A DNA stretch of 64,000 bases from a virus (Duplodnaviria > Heunggongvirae > Uroviricota > Caudoviricetes): the IMG/VR virus record IMGVR_UViG_2706794662_000007; one strand, given 5' to 3'. The position numbers and the translations under genes are program-made. Shown piece after piece: positions 29,756 through 40,046 of the stretch (positions are counted from its first letter, which is position 1; every line of letters starts with the position of its first letter). Below the pieces are notes generated by a model. The model did not search any database. It worked only from the letters and a program-made list of their open reading frames with translations, and was not told the origin of the DNA.

Positions 29756-29778
29756 AGGGCCACTAAATATAGTGGCCC
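29756..29778 (-). terminator. hairpin terminator downstream of RuvC-like gene
   Basis: GGGCCACTA...TAGTGGCCC stem. Confidence 0.5.
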
Positions 29779-29812
29779 ATGTTAATAGATAAGCACTTAC
29801 CTATCAATGAAA

Positions 29813-30382
29813 TCAAATGAGAGACTTAAGAACATCGCGCACCTGGCGGAACTGATCTGTTTGCATACCGGTATGGATGGCAGCCACCGCATCAGCCAAA
29901 TGTTCGTTTTTGTTCACGAGAACATCCTGTCCAGATTGCTTACGACGCAGCCACGGTGCTTTAGAGTGTTTTTTCGTAGCCCACTGGATAATCTCTTCTT
30001 TCGATGTAGTAAGTTTATTGCCGACAAAATGCTTGATTTCGTTTGGAGTAACCTGGATCAATGGCTTATCCACACACGCAAGTACACCGATACAAATACC
30101 GTAAGACGTCTGCGAACGAGAGTTTTGGCTCCCAACCGGTAGCTCACAAAAAACCATATTTGCCTTATCAATGATTGGCTTCGCAACACGCCATATTTCA
30201 CTGGCTCGGCGCAGATCGTCACTGTTCACACGAACGGTCTTTTTGTTACTCCCCGCTTTAGTCTCAACAAGAGTAAGGTCGTGAATCTCAAGTTCGTCCG
30301 TTTCAAGGTCTAAAGTGCCCACAGCAAGCCCAAAGTTGCTCATTGAGGGATCAACACCAACTACGCTGATTTTTTTACTCAT
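29813..30382 (-). CDS. RuvC-like Holliday junction resolvase
   Basis: N-terminal VVGVDPSMSNFGLAVG, FCELPVG and HLADAVAAIH resemble RuvC catalytic motifs. Confidence 0.6.
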   Translation of the reverse strand: MSKKISVVGVDPSMSNFGLAVGTLDLETDELEIHDLTLVETKAGSNKKTVRVNSDDLRRASEIWRVAKPIIDKANMVFCELPVGSQNSRSQTSYGICIGVLACVDKPLIQVTPNEIKHFVGNKLTTSKEEIIQWATKKHSKAPWLRRKQSGQDVLVNKNEHLADAVAAIHTGMQTDQFRQVRDVLKSLI

Positions 30383-30391
30383 ATAGTCTCC

Positions 30392-31135
30392 TTACCATGT
30401 TCCCCATATAGGGTTTTCCAATAATCTCGCCTCCAACGAATTGGTTACTATTGCCGTTTGCAACGTTGGTTGGGGAGAGTTTGCAAAGTCTGAATACTCA
30501 TTTTCCTGCGTGACACGTTTATCTACGGCATGTTTAACGCCACTTGCTATGAAATGACGCATGATGCCCAACAGCCTCCGACTGTCTGCACTATCGTTTG
30601 CTAAAACATGCGGGAGCTGAAGTTCGATTTCTACCATTTCTCCATACTTACCAACAAACTGTAGTTTGTCCGCACTGTACTTTTTATCCCTCCTTTGGAT
30701 AAGGAAACCAGTAAAAGCATCACCTGGCGATGCCAAACTATCCACCCGCTTATTGGCAAGTCGAATAAGGTTGGTGAAAGCCATACAGTGATGCGCACCC
30801 ATTCCCCCAAAGAACCCTTCGCTATTAATGTTAAGATCTTCATTTTCATGGGATGCAATAAACCCAGGCCCGACGTTGGGAAGATATCCCCCCTCAACAA
30901 AAGGATTAATCAGGATCGGCGCAATACATCCAGGTGGTAGTGATTTCAAACTTTGCATCAATGGCGTCTCGGATATTAGACCAAGCAACGCGGCAAATTG
31001 TACTCCGTCAATATTGTTGCTGCCCCACAGAATACGTGGAGCCGCACCATTGGAAGTATGCCCATTGATCAGTTTTATCGACTGCATCACTGCAAATACC
31101 TGCAAAAACTGCGAGCGGCTTAATTTAAACGACAT
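30392..31135 (-). CDS. hypothetical protein
   Basis: 247-aa ORF. Confidence 0.45.
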   Translation of the reverse strand: MSFKLSRSQFLQVFAVMQSIKLINGHTSNGAAPRILWGSNNIDGVQFAALLGLISETPLMQSLKSLPPGCIAPILINPFVEGGYLPNVGPGFIASHENEDLNINSEGFFGGMGAHHCMAFTNLIRLANKRVDSLASPGDAFTGFLIQRRDKKYSADKLQFVGKYGEMVEIELQLPHVLANDSADSRRLLGIMRHFIASGVKHAVDKRVTQENEYSDFANSPQPTLQTAIVTNSLEARLLENPIWGTW

Positions 31136-33058
31136 AGCTGCGCCCCTCTTTAACTTCCAGCGTAATAGTTTCCCGGAACCATGACTTCATCTCTTTATGG
31201 GAGATAATCAGCACAGTACCTCGCTCGCGAGCTTTGGACTCCAGAATACCCATGAGGCGTTCAAGACCGGCTGTATCGAGTGCATCGTCAATTTCGTCGC
31301 CGATAAACAAATCGATGTTTTTACTCGCCCGGTTACTAACCAGATCCTGCAATGCCAAAGAACACGCAATGCGAACCTTCCGCTTCTCACCACCAGAGAG
31401 GGTCTGGAACGACTTACTTGAACCTTTCTTCTGCACACTAATGTTGAATTTGTCGCGATACTCACCTTTTTTGGTGACATCCATCGTCGACCACTCAGCA
31501 GTAATATTCCCGTCAGACAACGTATTGAGATACTCGGCAGTGCGTGTATTCAGGAAAGGCGTAACAGACGTCAAAATATGAGAACGCACCCCGGCAGGAG
31601 AGTAGACCTGACGAGCTTTTTCCAATAGCAACGTTTGTTCCTGAATAGCCTTCAACTCATCTTTTAAGGACTTGAAGGTAGACTTACTGGATACCAGGTT
31701 ATCTTCGTGTCTGGCGATAAGAGCAATAAACGGATTAATCTCTTTTGATATACGATCGACCTCAGTACGAGCACGAGTCACAAGAGACTCAATAGCAACA
31801 ATCTCCTTCTCACGATGACGCAAAGATGAGAGTTGTTTCGTAAGCTCTTCAATCCGGGCAATGATAGCCGTTACATCAGGTGTCGTTTTAACAAGGGCAG
31901 ACTCAATGCTTAACGCTTTCTCAAGATTCGTTTTGTGTTTAGCCATTGCCTCTGCAAGTGTCTTCGCCTGACCAATTTCCTGACGTGCTTGTTCAATGAA
32001 ATTCTCCTTCACCGTTGATAGATCTTCTTCGCAGTAGGCTTTGCCACAAGTAGGGCATGGTGATCCCACTTTAGTACCAACCTCTTCTGCTTTGGTCTTA
32101 AAATTACGCGCGCGGTTCATTGCATCAGCCTGACTATTTTCTGTAGCTTTGATGCTTGCCCGAATATCAGTTATCGCACCACGAACNNNNNNNNNNNNNN
32201 NNNNNNNNNNNNNNNNNNNNNNNNNNNNNNNNNNNNNNNNNNNNNNNNNNNNNNNNNNNNNNNNNNNNNNNNNNNNNNNNNNNNNNNNNNNNNNNNNNNN
32301 NNNNNNNNNNNNNNNNNNNNNNNNNNNNNNNNNNNNNNNNNNNNNNNNNNNNNNNNNNNNNNNNNNNNNNNNNNNNNNNNNNNNNNNNNNNNNNNNNNNN
32401 NNNNNNNNNNNNNNNNNNNNNNNNNNNNNNNNNNNNNNNNNNNNNNNNNGATTGTCGACTCCAATTTGGTTTTAACCACATCCATACGTGCGGCAGCTGC
32501 ATTAGCTCGCTCACGAGCAATAGCGTAGGCGCGTGTCAGTCTGTCAACGCCAGCGGCTTCTTCTACGATGGTTTTGAGGTTTTTGTCGGACATTCCAGGT
32601 AAATCTGGCATAGCTTCTTGGCTCGCATAGATGGAAGCCATGAAAACCTCTTTAGATGCACCGATCAGACGCTCGACGAACTCTTGCGTCAGCGCATCTT
32701 TGCCTTTCGTCATATCGCCGTCTTCACCACGAACGATAAGCCGATTTTTGAACTCTTTGTGTTTACGGTGACGAATGATCGCATATCTCTTGCCTTCATC
32801 CTCGATGGTTACTGCAACACGACAGTTCTTTTCATGGTCGGTAGACAACACATCGTCACCCTTCACACCATGAGCTGTTTCGCCATAAAGACACCACATC
32901 AGGCTATTCATTAGCGTTGACTTTCCAGAGCCATTACTTGATGCGGAACTATCATCACTATTAACACCCTGAATGAGCACTAAACCACGCTGATCTAACT
33001 CGACCTCCGCGCTGGCGATAGCCATAAAATTCTCAACCTGGAGCTTTAAAAACTTCAT
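31125..33058 (-). CDS. sbcC: SbcC/Rad50-like ATPase (interrupted by N-run 32187-32449)
   Basis: N-terminal Walker A GSGKST; C-terminal signature LSGGE and Walker B DEIDDALD; coiled-coil middle. Confidence 0.75.
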
Positions 33059-33333
33059 ATAACACCTTTGATACCGTGTGTTAGCTTTTGACCTTCTTTC
33101 AATCTGAACTCCGTATGCGCCGGGAAGGATCTGCGCCTCAATACGCCTTTTCTGGTTAACCTTCCAAGATAAAACGCTACGGGATTTCCTTGTGGCGGGT
33201 AGGGCTTGTGAAACATCACCGTCTGGCCTCGTTCAAGTCTTTTCATCGTGATGGCAAAGTCTCGAAAGCTCCCATAACGACTTTGTCTCACACAGCCTCC
33301 GAACTCTCCGCTTCGGTGAGGATTTCCTGACAC
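33055..33333 (-). CDS. hypothetical small ORF overlapping SbcD end
   Basis: 92-aa ORF, weak support. Confidence 0.2.
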   Translation of the reverse strand: MSGNPHRSGEFGGCVRQSRYGSFRDFAITMKRLERGQTVMFHKPYPPQGNPVAFYLGRLTRKGVLRRRSFPAHTEFRLKEGQKLTHGIKGVI

Positions 33334-34373
33334 AAAATATCCAACTTGCTCAGATCAAATCCGCCGTCAGTATCGTGGACAATCTTGCAATAAGCAGATA
33401 CCGACTCTCCCAGGCTATCGATTTTGCTGGTTTCAGTTGTGCTGGCTGTCCCTTCCATCATTGATGACTTACGGATGAAGTTGCACACGACACCTTTTGC
33501 GCCCATTGTTTTGAGGATGTTCTGGTACTTAATGCCTTCTTCATCGTTCTCAATTACGGCGCGGAAACGCACGTAGTTGCCGCGAATTTGGTCATCAGCA
33601 ACATCATCTTCCAGGTTAATGAATTTAGGCGCACTGGTTTCGTAGTGACTGAAACTGCCGTCCGGGTTTACGATCATGTAACCAGCCAGAGATCCAACAT
33701 CTCCCCAATTTTGATGGGTCAGTGCACCGACACTGATAACTCCAGGAATGACCTCTTTGTGGTTGTGGTAATGCCCACTAAGCACGAGACGAAAGCCGAT
33801 ATCCTTTAACTCCTGCGCATCGATACCGACGTCAGGCATTGTTGGAATGGCTTTGTTAATGGATGTATGGATAACAACGTCATGATTATCACCTTCTACG
33901 CTCTTACGTAATGCTTTCAGATCGCTGATAAGCTCCGCATGATTGTTACGCCAGCTAATCAGGTGGACAGTCACATCACCAATTTTTATTGAGTGTGGGC
34001 GTTTGCCACATACGATTACCACGCCGATAGAACTCAGCGATGCTGCTGCGTTGGCGCTATATACTGAATCGTTGGTTTCAAGATCGTGATTACCGGCCAG
34101 CATTACTACTGTCAGATCAAGCTCGTTGATAATCCACTTGTACGTTTCAGTTACGTAATGCAAAACAGAAGGGGACACAGTTCCTCGGACGTGAAATGTA
34201 TCACCGGCAACCAACATGTACTTACAACCGGCCTTCTTCATGGCGATGGCTGCTTCTTTCGTTGCTTCCAACTGTATTTCAAGTCTGGAGTTAAGCCCCT
34301 CTGCGTTCGTCGTGGAGAACGCATCCCATTTGTGGTAGTGGCAGTCAGAAATGACGCCGTATGGCAAAGTCAT
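33288..34373 (-). CDS. sbcD: SbcD/Mre11-like metallophosphoesterase nuclease
   Basis: calcineurin-like motifs ISDCHYH, GDTFH, GNHD, GHYH. Confidence 0.8.
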   Translation of the reverse strand: MTLPYGVISDCHYHKWDAFSTTNAEGLNSRLEIQLEATKEAAIAMKKAGCKYMLVAGDTFHVRGTVSPSVLHYVTETYKWIINELDLTVVMLAGNHDLETNDSVYSANAAASLSSIGVVIVCGKRPHSIKIGDVTVHLISWRNNHAELISDLKALRKSVEGDNHDVVIHTSINKAIPTMPDVGIDAQELKDIGFRLVLSGHYHNHKEVIPGVISVGALTHQNWGDVGSLAGYMIVNPDGSFSHYETSAPKFINLEDDVADDQIRGNYVRFRAVIENDEEGIKYQNILKTMGAKGVVCNFIRKSSMMEGTASTTETSKIDSLGESVSAYCKIVHDTDGGFDLSKLDILCQEILTEAESSEAV

Positions 34374-34627
34374 GTGTTTTTCCTTTGTGGTTATTTTGAT
34401 ACAAATTTTAAGAGCAATGAGAAGGTAAACAACTATGCATAACGGTATGTTAGGAATGAAACGAGCGTCTTAATATACAAAATTTATAAGTAAGTATATA
34501 CCTATTTGTTGTGGCGCAACTTTGCTTGTCTGTATGACTAAAAATAAGACAGGATCACTGTAGAACGCTATGAGAGCTATTTTGAGGAGGCGTAGATTCT
34601 ATCTACGCCAATATACGATCTGGAGGG

Positions 34628-35272
34628 TTACAGCGCGTCAGTGGGCTTTTTACGCGCTGCGTTTATGCTTATGACGCCAGCTTTTGGACGTGGGTCAACA
34701 AGGTTAAGCTCTTCTTCGCTGTGGTATTCGAGGTCGAACTCACGTTTTACATGTCTGATGTAGATTGCGGTGAGCAGGCTATCTTTGGTCAGAAAGTGTC
34801 CGTAGGATTTGCGGATCACTTCTTCTACCTTCTCGATTTTCTCACCACCCATACAGAGATGATTAAACCGGCTGTGTTTCCGCAACATTTCGTCTACTGG
34901 GCCTGAGTAAACCTTGTCTACTTTCCCAAAACGGATGATTTTTCCTGTGTCTGCGGATACGAGGCAAATCAGCTTGTCTGGTGATAAACGATCTCGCCAC
35001 GTCACACCTGAACGGAGTGTGTTGAAGTAGGGGGCATCCAATCCGATGATCGGTTTACGAAATGCGAGTAATGGAACGTACCTGATGCAACTGTTTAAAT
35101 GAAAATTCACACCAGCCTTATCAAGTTTAATTCTGGTTTCGTAGATCGGGCACTTCGCCGCTATACCGCAGATGTCACAAAGCAACTTCTGCTTATTCAG
35201 GTTGGAATTTGATTCGATAGTGTAGGAGCCGTCTTCAAGACGACGAACCCAGCGCGTGCGTTTTAGATCCAT
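34628..35272 (-). CDS. hypothetical protein divergent from repA
   Basis: 214-aa ORF. Confidence 0.45.
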   Translation of the reverse strand: MDLKRTRWVRRLEDGSYTIESNSNLNKQKLLCDICGIAAKCPIYETRIKLDKAGVNFHLNSCIRYVPLLAFRKPIIGLDAPYFNTLRSGVTWRDRLSPDKLICLVSADTGKIIRFGKVDKVYSGPVDEMLRKHSRFNHLCMGGEKIEKVEEVIRKSYGHFLTKDSLLTAIYIRHVKREFDLEYHSEEELNLVDPRPKAGVISINAARKKPTDAL

Positions 35273-35350
35273 ATGTCATTTTTCTGTGATTGTTAGCCGA
35301 GGCAACGATAACCCACCAGGTGCGCCGAAGGTAGTAAATGCCTGTTTTAA

Positions 35351-35367
35351 TTATTCACATATCCACA
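35351..35367 (+). promoter_or_regulatory. two tandem DnaA boxes (TTATTCACA, ATATCCACA)
   Basis: match TTWTNCACA consensus immediately left of GATC repeats and iterons. Confidence 0.6.
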
Positions 35368-35371
35368 GGAT

Positions 35372-35431
35372 AGATCCTAATAAAGAGATCCATAGATAGA
35401 TCCTTATATAGATCAAATAAGATCCCCGATC
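35372..35431. repeat. cluster of six GATC sites in five heptamer-like repeats ((T/A/G)AGATC(C/A))
   Basis: GATC at 35373, 35387, 35399, 35411, 35421, 35428; arrangement resembles P1 oriR as recalled. Confidence 0.6.
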
Positions 35432-35472
35432 GCTGTAAGCCGCGCCACGACTGGTCTGAAGTCATGTTCATG

Positions 35473-35573
35473 TATGCTGTCAGCGGTAATTGATAGTCTG
35501 TCAGCGGTTCACCGTATGCTGCCAACTGTTTTTGGTATTCTGTCAGCGGCAAATCAAGTATGCTGTCAGCGGT
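35473..35573. repeat. upstream iteron array: five 15-bp repeats TATGCTGTCAGCGGT at 21-22 bp spacing
   Basis: copies at 35473, 35494, 35515 (degenerate), 35537, 35559; overlaps repA promoter region. Confidence 0.8.
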
Positions 35574-35593
35574 TGAATGACAAAGGTGTCCAC

Positions 35594-36688
35594 ATGTCCA
35601 CAAAAAATAAAAAAGGTAAAAATAACAAAGAAGTAGAAGATAACATCGACAACTTTGAAGAAGGTTCCCTTGAATTGTACACAGGGGAACTTGTCCCTAA
35701 TAGCAACAATACAGTCCAACCAATTGCGTTGATGCGACTGGGGTTGTTCGTCCCCACGCTTAAGGGAACAAAATACAGTAAACGTAACAAGCCAAATGAG
35801 ATCGATGCTTCAAAGGAGCTTGTCCAGCTCGAAGTAGCCCGTTCTGAAGGCTATTCCGATATCAAGATAACCGGTCCTCGTCTCGACATGGATCATGATT
35901 TCAAAACGTGGGTGGGCGTTGTGCGTTCGCTGGCAGAATACGGCGAACCTAACGGTCGTGTCGAGTTAAGCATCACGAAATTTGCTAAGTTTTGTGGCTA
36001 TCCATCGTCACAGATCCGCAAAACACTCCGCGACCGGCTTACAAACAGTCTTTTGAAGATCATGCGTACAACTCTGTCTTTCCAGAGAACGTATGAAGAA
36101 AAGAACGTCGACGGCTCTAACAAGATCTCGCTTCTGATGGTGCACCTCATCAATAGCGTGGACTACAACGAGCAGAAAGATACGGTGGTGTTCTATGCAG
36201 AACCGAAGCTGGCCGAACTATATCGCTTTGACCATAAGGTTCTTTTGCAGTTAAAGGTTATCAATAAGCTACCACGCAAAGAAACAGCACAGGCTCTGTA
36301 CACCTTCATCGAAAGTCTTCCAACCAAGCCTGCGCCGGTATCGCTTGCTCGATTGCGTGCGCGACTCAATTTGAGTAGCAGGAATGTCAGCTCGCAGAAT
36401 CAGACTATACGTAACGGCTTAAAAGCTCTCCAAGATTTGGGCTATCTCGAATACAGCGAGATTAAGCGTGGGCGGTCGATCTATATCCAGATTCACAGCC
36501 GCAATCCAAAACTCAAAGTCGCACCGCCAAAACCTGAAGACATCGAACCCAAAAAACCAGATGAGAAAGCTGGGGAAATTGATGCCAAACAGAACATTAT
36601 CAACAAGATAACCGAACTTTCGCAGAATTTGACGCCTGAAAATATCAAGATGATTGAGATCCTTTCCAATAGTCTCAAACTGCTTTGA
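35594..36688 (+). CDS. repA: plasmid replication initiator RepA (P1 RepA-like)
   Basis: MSTKNKKG start; NSNNTVQPIALMRLGLFVP, DIKITGPRLDMD, ALYTFIESLP, HSRNPKLK resemble P1 RepA as recalled; flanked by iterons on both sides. Confidence 0.8.
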   Translation: MSTKNKKGKNNKEVEDNIDNFEEGSLELYTGELVPNSNNTVQPIALMRLGLFVPTLKGTKYSKRNKPNEIDASKELVQLEVARSEGYSDIKITGPRLDMDHDFKTWVGVVRSLAEYGEPNGRVELSITKFAKFCGYPSSQIRKTLRDRLTNSLLKIMRTTLSFQRTYEEKNVDGSNKISLLMVHLINSVDYNEQKDTVVFYAEPKLAELYRFDHKVLLQLKVINKLPRKETAQALYTFIESLPTKPAPVSLARLRARLNLSSRNVSSQNQTIRNGLKALQDLGYLEYSEIKRGRSIYIQIHSRNPKLKVAPPKPEDIEPKKPDEKAGEIDAKQNIINKITELSQNLTPENIKMIEILSNSLKLL

Positions 36689-37220
36689 TATGCTGTCAGC
36701 GGTGAAATGTATGCTATCAGCGGCTATTTTTCTGAAAAGTATGCTGTGAACGGTTAAAGATATGCTACCAGCGGTATAGTGAGATGAACGTATGCTGTGA
36801 GCGGTAAATCATCTATCACCACTCAATGCTCTGTCATACCTCCCCAGTGGTTACTAACCTCGAAGAGTGCATTCCATATAGGTTTGCGCTCACTAACATT
36901 CTATTGCTATTGCGCTGATTGCTTGTAGTGAAAGGCATTTATTGCCTGCTACTCCCTGATAGAACGTATGCTGTCAGCGGTGTTTTATTGAGGAATTTTT
37001 GTTTGGATATGCTATCAGCGGTAATTAATGGCATATGTCAGACATTCGTATGCTGCCAGCGGTAATTTTGTTCTGGTTATACCCATACCGGTACACATTA
37101 TTCATGCAATGTCTTAAGTATGCTGTCAGCGGTAAAAAATCGAGTAAAGTATGCTGTGAGCGGTGAGATAGACTCTCGATATGCTATCAGCGGTAGTTGA
37201 TTGTGTATGCTGTCAGCGGT
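36689..37220. repeat. downstream iteron arrays: 12 copies of TATGCT(G/A)(T/C)(C/G)AGCGG(T/C) in two clusters (incA-like)
   Basis: copies at 36689, 36710, 36740, 36761, 36791, 36967, 37008, 37049, 37119, 37150, 37180, 37206. Confidence 0.8.
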
Positions 37221-37267
37221 GACGACTATGAAATATGACTGCGGAACGTGCCGCAGTCAGTTTGCAT

Positions 37268-37480
37268 TTAGTGTATTTTCTTTAACAGACCCCAAAGTGT
37301 ACCGGCTTTTGTAGTCAGTTTTCCTGTTTCTGGATCGTACATACGCCATTCACGCCGCTGGTGGACGATATACCCATCTTCACGTTCCAGACGCTCAAGA
37401 ATGCCAGGCTGCTTGAAACCCTTAGCACGCCAGTAGCCGCTTGTTTTCTCGATTTCCAGACCTGCCAGTGTTAATGCCAT
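37268..37480 (-). CDS. hypothetical small protein
   Basis: 70-aa ORF. Confidence 0.35.
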   Translation of the reverse strand: MALTLAGLEIEKTSGYWRAKGFKQPGILERLEREDGYIVHQRREWRMYDPETGKLTTKAGTLWGLLKKIH

Positions 37481-37815
37481 TACCCAACCTCCTTGCAGTC
37501 ATCGAAAAGGTAGCTTTGCTGAGAAGCGTGAACGCCATAGAAGCCCTTGTATTTGTTGTATACGAAGTGGTCTTCTCCGACGCCGGTTAATTTGCCATTA
37601 CGATTTGTGAGATATGGGGATGACAACACTCGATCGTCACGCACAACATAGAACTGGTCGCCGCTGTCTACGACCATCGCTCCATATGGTGCTTTTATGA
37701 CGTCGGTAAGAGCGCCATTCTTAACGTCGGCTACAGACATTTCACACTGATAAACAGTGGTGTCGGCCACAACGATCGAAGAAAGAAACAACAGCGCGAA
37801 TGGGATGGTCTTCAT
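37480..37815 (-). CDS. hypothetical secreted protein
   Basis: 111 aa with N-terminal signal-like segment MKTIPFALLFLSSIVVA. Confidence 0.4.
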   Translation of the reverse strand: MKTIPFALLFLSSIVVADTTVYQCEMSVADVKNGALTDVIKAPYGAMVVDSGDQFYVVRDDRVLSSPYLTNRNGKLTGVGEDHFVYNKYKGFYGVHASQQSYLFDDCKEVG

Positions 37816-37991
37816 GCTGCCACCTCTTTGATTACATCAAATGCTGAATTAAATACGAGCACGATAGCCAAAGCGTTTATGACTACGTCGTGCACCGGGG
37901 AAAAGACTTTACGAATGACACCAGTGAAAATGCAGTCGATGACAAAAGCTATTGAAACGATGAGTAACAAGTATTCAATAAAAATCTTCAT
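37812..37991 (-). CDS. small membrane protein (59 aa), translationally coupled
   Basis: below ORF-track cutoff; ATGA overlap with downstream gene; hydrophobic. Confidence 0.3.
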   Translation of the reverse strand: MKIFIEYLLLIVSIAFVIDCIFTGVIRKVFSPVHDVVINALAIVLVFNSAFDVIKEVAA

Positions 37992-38030
37992 GATAGGTAG
38001 ATACTAACTTATATAAACTTTACTGTAAAC

Positions 38031-38306
38031 TCACTCAAAAGTGCTGATGCTTAAAATACGCTCAAGATGTTCAGCATCTTCATTACTGATTTGTTGAGTC
38101 TCTTCTACGTACCAACAGTTGCCGTTATGCCAACAAACACCATCATCATCAACCATCACTGAATCAGCGTCATGACCTGTATATTCAACAAGAGTACGCT
38201 GGATCAGCGCGTCAGTTTCTTCATCGTTAAGGCCATCGACTTTGACCATAAAAAGCGGAAACACGTCATAGACAGTGCTGGTAACGATTCGAACTAAAAC
38301 TCTCAT
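38031..38306 (-). CDS. hypothetical protein
   Basis: 91-aa ORF with conserved start region. Confidence 0.4.
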   Translation of the reverse strand: MRVLVRIVTSTVYDVFPLFMVKVDGLNDEETDALIQRTLVEYTGHDADSVMVDDDGVCWHNGNCWYVEETQQISNEDAEHLERILSISTFE

Positions 38307-38361
38307 GTGTTTTTCCTTTTGTGGTTAGTGTTTACTTATTTTGTTAGTTATGAATAGGCGA

Positions 38362-38787
38362 TCAATCTTCTTGGTTAGGGAAAAACTGTTCAATAACTCT
38401 GTCAACGGCTGTGTCTATATGGAGTAGATGCCACACAACCATATCTTTGCTTCCCATGCCTTGTGTGAATATCACGTCATACTTACGCCATGCGCAGTGG
38501 AACCAATATGCTGAGTCATCAATTGGTAAATCCTCTCCCGCCTCTTTGAAGTATTTCAGCAGCATTGCCTGCTCTGCCGTTGGCGTTGGACCTATTTCCT
38601 GAGCGTACATACGGATGAATCGCTGCCAGTCTGTCTCGTCGGGGGTTGGATCTGGTGGGGTCATTTCTGCGATAGCGTTTCGTAGCTGATGCGCCCAATC
38701 AGGTTCAGGAAAGCCTTTTGCTACTTCATCATCAATAACATCCAGAGCCACGTTTGCGGCATCGTAGAGTTTCTTAATTGCTGCCAT
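38362..38787 (-). CDS. hypothetical protein
   Basis: 141-aa ORF. Confidence 0.45.
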   Translation of the reverse strand: MAAIKKLYDAANVALDVIDDEVAKGFPEPDWAHQLRNAIAEMTPPDPTPDETDWQRFIRMYAQEIGPTPTAEQAMLLKYFKEAGEDLPIDDSAYWFHCAWRKYDVIFTQGMGSKDMVVWHLLHIDTAVDRVIEQFFPNQED

Positions 38788-38848
38788 GTTTACTTCTCCT
38801 TATAAATAGGAAAATAATCACCTTTGAAAAAATAAAGCAAAGATATAT

Positions 38849-39238
38849 TCACTCCGATACAAGACGTTTATATGCTTCGATGTCTCGACGTGCTTCACCG
38901 AGTTTTCTTCTTAGGTCCATATTTTCTGATTCAAGTTTTTCAATGTTTTTTTGGTATCGGCCACGATGTTCTTCCCAGGCATCCTGATATGCCTTCATAT
39001 ATGTCGTATTAGCCTTTCTTTTTGCCTGACGAACCGCGTGGTGATTTTCTACAAACCAGTCAGGGTCGTTAAATGCTGCTCTTGCGCATTTATACCAATA
39101 ATCGGTTGACTCTCTGTTTAACCAATGAATGGTGATAAATGGTAATCGAATAGACAGAATTTTTCGTTTGGAATCTCGCTCACCAAACATATGCCCTTTT
39201 TTTATCTTTAAACCGAACCCAGGTTGAATTAAAAGCAT
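38849..39238 (-). CDS. hypothetical protein (low-GC block)
   Basis: 129-aa ORF. Confidence 0.4.
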   Translation of the reverse strand: MLLIQPGFGLKIKKGHMFGERDSKRKILSIRLPFITIHWLNRESTDYWYKCARAAFNDPDWFVENHHAVRQAKRKANTTYMKAYQDAWEEHRGRYQKNIEKLESENMDLRRKLGEARRDIEAYKRLVSE

Positions 39239-39258
39239 TGTCAGTACCTCAGATGCAT

Positions 39259-39999
39259 TTATGGCAGTAATTCTTTACCGCTTTCCATTTTGGTGATAGA
39301 GACAGTAGGATCATCGTTAATGCATGATTCTGTGCCTAATGCTGCTAACCCTTTACGCATAACCGTGCCCGCAACATACGCCTCAATCTCCGCCTTTCCA
39401 GATGAGACAATTTCATCCATTTGTTCCTGCATTAATTCGGTAGCAAAGCACAGATTTTCAGGAAGGTTAGCTACAGCAGATGCTAGTTTTCTATATAGTT
39501 CTTCAAGGTCACGTTTTCCAGCTCTTCCTTTTTTCACAAGTTCACCTAGCTCTGAAACTTGCTGATTAAGTCGATCAATCTCACTATTCGTAGCGGCCTT
39601 TATTTGATCGTTGAATTTTTGCCGAATACTTTTTTGCTCGGCAATATCATGAACTCTAATTGAGTCTCCAATGGTTTTATATGAAATAGTGCATGGCACA
39701 CCTTCGCCCACTCCAAAACTGCTAACCATAGCAGCCCATTGTGCCTGGCTAAGTCTAATTTCAACTAAAGGCCGTCTATTGCAACTTCTTTGTGGGCGGG
39801 TTCGTTCATTGTCTAAGGACAGTTCCGCCTCGTAAACGCCTATTTCAATATAGTCTCTATGTTCCAGTTCTGAATCAAATAGGCGAATGCCAGTTGTGCT
39901 AACACGGCTTGTTTTCACAAGACCGAACGCTGGATGTGTTTGAATTTTTTCCCCATGTTTATTAAGGGTCGTTTTTGGTTCTTCAATTTTTCTTTTCAT
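39259..39999 (-). CDS. hypothetical protein (low-GC block)
   Basis: 246-aa ORF. Confidence 0.45.
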   Translation of the reverse strand: MKRKIEEPKTTLNKHGEKIQTHPAFGLVKTSRVSTTGIRLFDSELEHRDYIEIGVYEAELSLDNERTRPQRSCNRRPLVEIRLSQAQWAAMVSSFGVGEGVPCTISYKTIGDSIRVHDIAEQKSIRQKFNDQIKAATNSEIDRLNQQVSELGELVKKGRAGKRDLEELYRKLASAVANLPENLCFATELMQEQMDEIVSSGKAEIEAYVAGTVMRKGLAALGTESCINDDPTVSITKMESGKELLP

Positions 40000-40046
40000 C
40001 TTATTAACCTCTATGCTTCATGCGTAAAGCTAAATGACAATTTTTT

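Noticed and set aside
35473-37220. Iteron arrays considered as a CRISPR array
   Set aside because: Repeats are 15 bp with irregular 21-70 bp spacing, flank a Rep gene on both sides, and sit next to DnaA boxes; no cas genes. Consistent with plasmid iterons.
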